NCBI GenBank assembly: GCA_951406725.2
Contig: OX597820.1
Location: forward strand, 70,060,001 to 70,124,000
Direction of reading: 5' to 3'
From: Octopus vulgaris
Taxonomy: Eukaryota
DNA: 64,000 bases
Below are positions 55,331 to 64,000 of this stretch, in pieces. Below the pieces are notes generated by a model. It made no database searches. It was given only the letters and a program-made list of their open reading frames with translations, and was not told the origin of the DNA. The position numbers and the translations under genes were made by a program. How positions within the stretch are numbered: the stretch's first letter is position 1; each line of letters opens with the position of its first letter.

Positions 55331-55693
55331 ACACACACACACACACACACACATAAATATATATATATATTTTTTTTTTTTTTTTGTACTTGTTTCAGTC
55401 AATTGACTGCGGCCATGCTGGAGCACCGCCTTTAGAGTGGTGAAAGAGTACAGCAGGGATCACCACCATCCCCTGCCGGAGCCTCGTGGAGCTTTTTAGG
55501 TGTTTTCGCTCAATAAACACACACAACGCCCGGTCTGGGAATCGAAACCACGATCCTCCGACCGCAAGTCCGCTGCCCTAACCACTGGGCCATTGCGCCT
55601 CCATATATATATATATATAAATTTACACCGGAGTAAACACATAAATGTGAAACAAGGTGGAAAAAAGAGTACTCAAATACCAGTGGTAGAGTA

Positions 55694-55861
55694 ATATGCT
55701 TTATTTAAAGCAGCAGAAAATTCAACAAGATCTGTTACTCTGAGTTTCTCGTTGCCGTTCTTCAGACAGTTTTTGCTAGCAAAAACTGTCTGAAGAACGG
55801 CAACGAGAAACTCAGAGTAACAGATTTTGTTGAACTTTCTGCTGCTTTAAATAAAGTATAT
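55694..55861. repeat. Spacer-less 168-bp palindrome
   Basis: Centre GCT|AGC at 55777/55778; three mismatches counted by eye. Confidence 0.95.
55779..55830 (+). ncRNA. Hammerhead ribozyme motif (mirror copy on the minus strand at 55725-55776)
   Basis: gcaaaa-a-ctgt CTGAAGA A-CG(GCAA)CG-A GAAA CTCAGA GTA acag-a-ttttgt. Confidence 0.7.
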
Positions 55862-56229
55862 ATAAATTTATATATATATATAAATTTATATATATATATA
55901 TATTTATTTATATATATATACTCCACCCAAAACCCATTTCAGATTTCAGATGCTTCTGCCTTGCAATTTAATGTGTTCCTATAGATAATGATTGATAACA
56001 CAAGTAGCAGACATTGAAACAAGTACTGGTATAAATATGATCGCCCAAATACTCGCGGGCGGTGCCCTATCATGGACGGAATCTGATGACCCGCTAAAAT
56101 TCATACATATAAGCATAAAGGAAGTGTTTTTAATTTTAACCCCGGGCTGTCCAGTCTTGTGAGTGTATTTGGTAAGTAAACGTTAAAGAAATCCATCGTG
56201 TGTGGGTATCTTTAATATCTCGTGTTATT

Positions 56230-56460
56230 GGCGGCGTATGGCAGAAACGTTAGCACGCCGGGCGAAATGCGTAGCCGTATTTCGTCTGCCGTTACATTCT
56301 GAGTTCAAATTCCGCCTAGGTCGACTTTGCTTTTCATCCTTTCGGGGTCGATAAATTAAGTACCAGTTACTCACTGGGGTCGATGTAATCGACTTAATTC
56401 GTTTGTCTGTCCTTGTTTCTCCCCTCTGTGTTTAGCCCCTTGTGGGTAGTAAAGAAATAG
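56230..56460 (+). mobile_element. SINE family B with a 19-bp target-site duplication
   Basis: TATCTTTAATATCTCGTGT at 56207-56225 and 56462-56480. Confidence 0.92.
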
Positions 56461-57126
56461 TTATCTTTAATATCTCGTGTAAACATCAAACACACACACA
56501 TATTAGGTCACTCTTAGTTCTACTGATAATATATAATCCAGTATTAAGGCAGTAAGCTGGCAGAATCGTTAACGCACCAAGCAAATTTCTTAGTGACATT
56601 TAGTACATCTTACGTTCTGAGTTCAAATTCTGCCGAAATCGACTTTGCTTTTCATCCTTTCGATGTCGGTAAAATAAGTACCAGATGAATACTGTGGCTG
56701 ATTTGATCGACTTATCCTTCCTCTGATCAAAAATTTGAAACAAATATTTAAACAAGTACACTCATGTGACTGCGAATCGACCTATTCAACCATAAGGTTA
56801 TATATATCCGTGAAATTTGTATCGAAAGCTTACTTTTATAATTTCTACACAGCATTTTTTTAACACATGCACACACACTCGCGCACGTACGTATACACAT
56901 ATATTAAATAGTGACTCCTACAAGACTTGCTCTATTACATTCTCGGGGTATCTTTACTCTCTGTTGAATTCTGGAATGTATGAGCACTTGGTGTTCTTGC
57001 CCTGTAAAAGTCACTTTACCATGAAATAAATTAATGTACCCGATACTCGGTGTATTTAGTGCCTTCCATTAATTGCGGTTCTTTCCATTTTGTAATGGAA
57101 ACTCCAACTGCAATGCCTGAGTCATG

Positions 57127-57297
<171 letters not shown>

Positions 57298-58111
57298 GCA
57301 GAGATAGATGCATATGTATAAGCGAAGATGCTGTTGGGAGAGAAAAATCCAACGTTGCGGACAAGGTCCTTCTTTGGGGAAATGTTGAAAGATGTGAAAT
57401 TTCCCCTCGGCAAGTTCACTACGCTCTCTTTTTTTCTTTTTGTCCTTTTTTTTCTTTTATTTTTCTTATTAAAACACGTCTTTCTAGTACAGACCAATCC
57501 TAGTCTCTCTAGATTCAGTTTTATCACATACCTCAAATGTTGTCACACACACACACACACACATAAACACACACACAAACACACACACAATAATGCCGGG
57601 ATATACGCTCATAAAGCAGAGCAATAATTTCCCATAGTAGCAATGTTATAAATCGTAATTCGTTCCCAGAAAAATATTTCACCTATAAAATTAATAATAC
57701 TCATAAATAAATGGCAATAAAATGTAAAGAATATTTTACGTAAAGAAAAAAGAATGTCCAGATCATTTAAAAGAAAAAAATATTATGATTGTGTTCTGAA
57801 TCACTTTCATTCGCACTAGATCCTCGCGCATCATCAATTGTAGACACGATCACCCGATTCACAAGCACCCGTAGACGAACTTCTAGATTTCTGTTTAGAA
57901 AAGAAGTCTAAAGTTGTTTGCTTTTTTTTTTTCGCTCTCAACAAATTTCTTGGTAACACGCAGAAGCATTTGTTATGATAGCAGAAACTTTTGCACTTCG
58001 TTCGAAATTTAGATTCTATACATGAGAAATAAACTCGTAAACTTGGGGTCTGTAAAGCGGATCCGCGTAAAGTGATGTATTACTATATATGTAAATCTAT
58101 GTATGTATACA

Positions 58112-58310
58112 CGAGGGTTGCTGAGAAGTTCCTGGTTTTAAGAGTGTCAAGAAACGCCTGTTTGGAAGCCCAGCCTTCCAAGTTCTTTTACAGGTCTTAG
58201 AAAAACTGAAGGATCGCTGCAATAAGTGTGTGAATCTGAGAGGGGAATATGTTGAATAAAATCCTGTATTTTCTTTTACCCCAAACCAAGGACTTTTCAG
58301 CATACCCTCA
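58112..58310 (+). mobile_element. Internally deleted mariner element
   Basis: TIR CGAGGGTTGCTGAGAAGTTCC / GGACTTTTCAGCATACCCTCA-TA. C-terminus KLKDRCNKCVNLRGEYVE*. Confidence 0.8.
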
Positions 58311-59147
58311 TATATACATATACATAAATAACATATACAGTCTCACTGCACGGCGCCTTGGGCAAGTATATTCTACTGTAGTCCAAGACTGATCAGTGGA
58401 TTGTAAGTGAACTTAGTCAAGGGAAACCCTGTCAAAAACTGTCGTAATCATATCTGTCTATCTGTCTTTCTATCTGTCTGTTTATGTATGTATGTATGTA
58501 TGTATGTATGTATGTATGTATGTATGTATGTATGTATGTATGTACAGATAGATAGATAGATAGATAGATATGTTTTGTTTTTGTCAACGCTCCTTCGTTG
58601 CTACTTGACAAACAAAAACAAAACAAACAACTTACTGCTTAATCAAATTGAACAAACAGTCGATTAGTTAGATATTTAGCCAATTGACCAATAATAAAGG
58701 AGTGAACTAGTGTGTGTGTAAATAATATTGGCGTAACGACCCTCCCTCGACACAACAAAATTTATTGTCACTATTTTCTGCATAACATGTAAATTGAAAC
58801 TCACACATTTTGGTCAGTGTTGGACCTGGTTATCAAATTTTTTCTATTGTACTTTTATGGATTCCATCAATGGACTGCGACCATGCTGGAGTATTATCTT
58901 TTATTGTTTATCTTTTACTTGTTAAAATCATTATACTATGGCCATGCTGGGGCATCACTTTGAAGAATTTTAATTGAACGAATCAACACTCCTTTTTAAG
59001 TTTGGTACTTATTCTATCGCAAGTTAGTGCCGTGCCGAACCGCCAAGTTACTGAAACGTAAACACACCAATACCGGTGTTGGTGGTCAAATACAGACACA
59101 AACACACACACACACATACACATACAGATATGTATGTATATGTATAT

Positions 59148-59467
59148 GATGCTGAGCTCGAATCTCATTTGCAGACCCATGAAAAACGAGTCTCCACCAA
59201 CTACTCTGCTTATATATTTGTGCATACCTGTCAATGTCGTGTCTGCCAGAAGATTTGCAAATCCAATGGAGGCCTCAAAAGACATTTTAGGATCCACAAA
59301 GATCACAACTTAACTGCAACTCTTGGTGGCCCAAATCAGATATGTAATTTATGTGGATGTCTTTTCAATACATTATCTGGTTTAAAAAGCCACATCAGAT
59401 GCCATGATAGATATAAGGTGTAAGTACAAGAGGTGGTCAGACTCTACATAAGGAGTAGACAACCACC
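59148..59467 (+). mobile_element. LINE-like (probably RTE) 3' fragment with two intact C2H2 zinc fingers
   Basis: CRVCQKICKSNGGLKRHFRIH and CNLCGCLFNTLSGLKSHIRCH are in one frame. Stop at 59421-59423, a ~45-nt 3' UTR, and a second copy at 53175. Confidence 0.75.
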
Positions 59468-59484
59468 ATGTATATACATATATA

Positions 59485-59532
<48 letters not shown>

Positions 59533-59823
59533 TGTGTGTGTGTGTGCGTGTGTGTACACATATGTATATGTGCGTGCATATATATATACACATATATATA
59601 CACATATGTGTAACACAGTCGCGTTAACAAAGGGATGTGGGTTCAACTTGCAAGCGGATAGGGAAGCCTTCTTTTTTATGTCGAGGGCTTATATACCCCT
59701 TTATTAGACTATTTTACTTAGTCATTGTACGATGATCGCCACAAGCTTGAAGCTTATATAAAAACACCATTATTATTATTTACAAGATTGTAAAAACGGC
59801 GCCGTATAAAAAACCAGTCGCAT

Positions 59824-59906
<83 letters not shown>

Positions 59907-59941
59907 GCATGTATGCATATCTATATATCTATATCTATATC

Positions 59942-59981
<40 letters not shown>

Positions 59982-60036
59982 GGGAGTATATCCAACTTAC
60001 AGGTTGCCTAATAGTGGTTTTATCTCTAATTTAATT

Positions 60037-60091
<55 letters not shown>

Positions 60092-61138
60092 GTGTGTGTG
60101 TAGGAGTGGCTGTGTGGTAAGTAGCTTGCTTACCAACCACATGGTTCCGGGTTCAGTCCCACTGCGTGGCACCTTGGGCAAATATTTTCTACTATTGCCT
60201 CGGGCCGACTAAAGACGGTGCTCCAGCATAGCCACAGTCAAATGACTGGAACAAGTAAAATAGTAAAGAGCAAGTAAAAGAGTATACTCAGTTTCCTTAT
60301 ACCAAATCTACTCACAAGACTTTGTTTGACTCGAGGCTATAGCAGAAGACACTTGCTAAGGGTGCGATGCACTGGAACTGAACCTGGAACAATGTGGTTA
60401 GTAAGCAGTAGTTTTCTTGATTTTCAGCTCCGACTTTTGACTGTCTAAATGCACCTTGGTGTAAAATGGCTTAACTTGGTTTAAATGAAACAAAGCAATT
60501 TTTATCGATGCATCGATTTATCAGTCATTCTTCACCAATGTATCCACACTCACAGAACGCGCGCGCGTAGAGCTTTATTTACGATAACTTGGTCACTCTG
60601 GAGCGAATCTAACCCGTGTTGTCGATCAGTAGGATCGAGCCTGGAACCATGCACGAGCGAAATAAACTTCCCAACTATAAGGCTGTATTCATGAAATTCT
60701 CCTGTCCAAAGTTTTCATTTATATTTCGTCATAACTGATAACGTTATCACAATATTTATGCTTACGTTCTGAGTTCGAATTCCGCTGAGGTCGACTTTGC
60801 CTTTCATCCTTTCGGGGTCGATTAATCACTGGGGGTCGATGTAATCGATTTAATCCCCTTGTTTGTCCCCTCTATGTTTAGCCATTTGTGGGCAATAAAG
60901 AAATAAAATATATGCATTTGTGTTATTTGTATATGAACATGTGTGTCGATTGGGTGTATATGTATATATAAATAGACGCAGGCATGGCTGTGTGGTAAGA
61001 TGCTTGCTTCCCAAGCACATTGTTCCGGGTTCAGTCCCACTGCGTGGCACCTTGGACAAGTGTCTTCTACTACAGCCACGGATCGACCAAAGTCTTGTGA
61101 GTGGATTTGGTAGACGGAAACTGAAAGAAGCCCGTCGT

Positions 61139-61170
<32 letters not shown>

Positions 61171-61195
61171 GCATACATACATACATACATATGTA

Positions 61196-61258
<63 letters not shown>

Positions 61259-61285
61259 ATATGTATATATATATATATGTATGTA

Positions 61286-61325
<40 letters not shown>

Positions 61326-61336
61326 TACATACATAC

Positions 61337-61437
<101 letters not shown>

Positions 61438-61548
61438 GATATATATATATAACAGGAAGCTTTATGAAAATAGACAAAAGACGAAGGCAGGTGGAAAACA
61501 AACAAACAAATGTATTAGTATGGCGCTCAGGAAATATAAATAAAACAA

Positions 61549-61590
61549 GTCTTTAACGTTTCGAGCCTACGCTCTTCAACAGAAAGATAC
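61549..61590 (-). ncRNA. Minimal hammerhead ribozyme-like motif, variant core CUGUUGA
   Basis: Minus strand: tcttt-CTGTTGA-A-GAGC(GTAG)GCTC-GAAA-C-GTT-aaaga. Confidence 0.6.
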
Positions 61591-61617
61591 ACAGAGAGAA
61601 AAAAACACAGAAAGAAG

Positions 61618-61718
<101 letters not shown>

Positions 61719-61734
61719 GTACACATGAGGAGGA

Positions 61735-62063
61735 AACCCCCTTCGGTCATGAATGGCCATGGGGTTTTACCTAGAAAGTTACCCTCCGAGGCACATCTCC
61801 GGGCAAGTTTGTCTGTGGAAGACCAGCAGTCGCACACGCATACCAGCCTCCCCTCTCCACACCACCAGCGTTATCAAACTGAAAGGCAAAGGCCGATACA
61901 GCTTGGCACCAGTGATGTCGCAACTCATTTCAGCTGAGTGAATTGGAACAATGTGAAATAAAGTGTCTTGCTCAAGAACACAACACGCAGGCCGATCCGG
62001 GAATCGAACTCACAACCTCACGTTCGTAAGGTCGACTCTTTAACCAGTGAGCTATGCGCCTTC
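61735..62063 (-). mobile_element. SINE family C, second tail type
   Basis: Reverse complement of 23660-23988. Confidence 0.8.
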
Positions 62064-62080
62064 ACATATGTACACATATT

Positions 62081-62156
<76 letters not shown>

Positions 62157-62242
62157 ACACACACACACACATATATATATATATTGTATAAATATATATA
62201 CACGCACACACATAACAAGCAGAAATAGAAAGAGTGTGAGCG

Positions 62243-62286
<44 letters not shown>

Positions 62287-63015
62287 CATGTGTATGAAAT
62301 TACGGAGAGCCGAGATTCTCTATATTTACGCTCATTATTTTCACAATGTGATTTTGCATAAGTGTTTCTTTGACTGCTTGAATGCAATTTTTAGAAAACT
62401 ATTTATGTTTTCATCACCATCAGTAGCAGCAGCTGCTTCAGCAGCATTCAGTAACTTCCCCACCCCACCCCCAACACCACCACCACCATTATCGTCGTCA
62501 TCGTCATCGTCATTATCACTATATTTAATTCACTGAAAAAAAAAAAAAACAGCTTTGAAACCTCGTCGTCAATGGAGTTAAGTTTACTCATCATGAAAAC
62601 AGTTTATACTTCCGCAAACATTACATAAAGTATGATACTTGAAAACCACTCTTAAAAAATCTTTTACTTCAACTGGCTTAAACGTTTATTCGTCATTCCA
62701 TAAATTTGTTTGTTTGTTTGTTTGTTTCTCTCCTTCATATTTCATGATGTGAGTCAATGAGAAGTTTATACATTATATTCGTCTTTTGAGAAAGAAAAGA
62801 GCTGTTACGTTCGCATCTTAACCTTTCTCACTCAGCCACACTTTCCAATTTTATAATATTGATCACTCACTTTCTACCTCCTCTCTCTCTTTCTCTTTCT
62901 CTTTCTTTCTCACTCTATCTATCTCTCCATACTTCTCTCTCAATGTCTAGCTTTCCTACTTTCTCTTTTCGCCGTCTATCGGTATGCCTATCTGTGCAAT
63001 TATCTCTTTTATCTA

Positions 63016-63758
63016 CACGGTGGGACGGATGTTTCTGAAAAATTCACAAAATCATTAATTTTAGCTGCAAACAGATTGTATTGCCATCAATGTGTTTGTA
63101 TTGAATTAGCATTTGTGAAAAATCAAGTGTGGAAAGCAACATCCATCATGTGGTGTCCGTTTTCATTGATGCATTTCTGAACGCATTCTTGGAAGTTGGC
63201 CTCCAGTCTCCCCAGCATTGCTTTGTAAATAGTCCCATGGTTTCGACTGTTGTCAGTGACTAATTAGTACGGGTGGAAATGCAGGTTTTCATGCAAAATA
63301 CGCCTTACCGATCGATTACCGATGCCAAAATCCAGTGGAATGCCTTCGAGCAGAGCTATTCGGACTCCGTATCAAAGCTTGTCTGAGGCGTTCCACATTT
63401 TCCGGGGTCCGTACCGTTCGTGGCGCACCCACTGGTCTTCTATTCATTAGTGTGCCTCGTTTACGAAGTGCATTCACCCAATATAATAAGATTGTGCTAC
63501 GAGTGGGAACAACCTGATTTCGGTAAATGTTGAAGTGGCGCCAAAACTCACTCTGAACTGCTGTGACAGACTCGTTATTCTTCACGTAACTGTCGTAGGC
63601 AAACACGCGATGCTCTATCGTCCATAGCGCTGTGGCATCACCTGAAAAGAAAAAAATGCTAAGACACCACGGACCGAATGGTACCTGTCGGACATATGTC
63701 CCCGCCATGGAGGCTGAATAGCCATTTGACAAACATTCGTACTCTCTGCCCCACCCTG
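63016..63758 (-). mobile_element. Internally deleted Tc1/mariner-superfamily element with a DUF4817-type HTH
   Basis: TA-flanked imperfect TIRs CAGGGTGGGGCAGA / CACGGTGGGACGGA. WTIEHRVFAYDSYVKNNESV..RTVRTPENVERLRQ..RSVRRILH is joined directly to the C-terminus NFQECVQKCINENGHH, so the catalytic domain is deleted. Confidence 0.85.
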
Positions 63759-64000
63759 TATATCCGTATATATATATATATATATACCTAATATAATAAT
63801 TGCAAAGACTAATTTCTGTGTGTCAGTGTGTCACACTTTGACCCCCATCTCTCACTATTCAATGACACTTCCTCATGCTGGGGTGTGAGCAATAGTAGGC
63901 ATAAAGACCGTGGGGGCGGTGTCGAATTCAGAGAGAGAGAGAGAGAGAAAGGTAGAGAAAGAGAGACAAAGAAATTTGGGGAGAGTTGATGATGTTTTAT

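Noticed and set aside
57866-57887. CACCCGTAGACGAACTT resembles miR-99/100
   Set aside because: It has an internal deletion relative to the mature sequence and no downstream star arm forming a hairpin.
63786-63840. Possible Helitron 5' end
   Set aside because: It lacks the TC start and no matching CTAG end lies within the window.

Overview
This is AT-rich, microsatellite-saturated eukaryotic DNA. The repeat repertoire (tRNA-derived SINEs, (TA)n/(CA)n/(GATA)n arrays, Penelope-like, Tx1/L1, CR1 and RTE relics) most resembles an octopus (coleoid cephalopod) intronic or intergenic region; that taxon call is pattern recognition, not a database result. I found no intact host protein-coding gene, and almost all ORFs in the track are microsatellite translations. 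The window holds at least four SINE head/body types with swapped tails, decayed Tc1/mariner transposases and MITEs, a Helitron, a long-TIR element carrying telomere-like repeats, and LINE fragments whose 3' tails match the SINE tails. The strongest signal is a set of hammerhead ribozyme (HHR) motifs in Penelope-like, fold-back elements beside (TA)n tracts: a canonical minimal HHR at 54495-54580, twin back-to-back HHRs in a 168-bp palindrome at 55694-55861, and a recurring non-canonical CUGU[A/U]GA core at 43192-43233 and 61549-61590. Also notable are a self-inserting SINE forming a 184-bp tandem array, serial same-site SINE insertion, and retroposon-borne C2H2 zinc fingers. All coordinates were read by eye, so element ends may be off by a few bases. 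SINE family letters A-D are my own labels.
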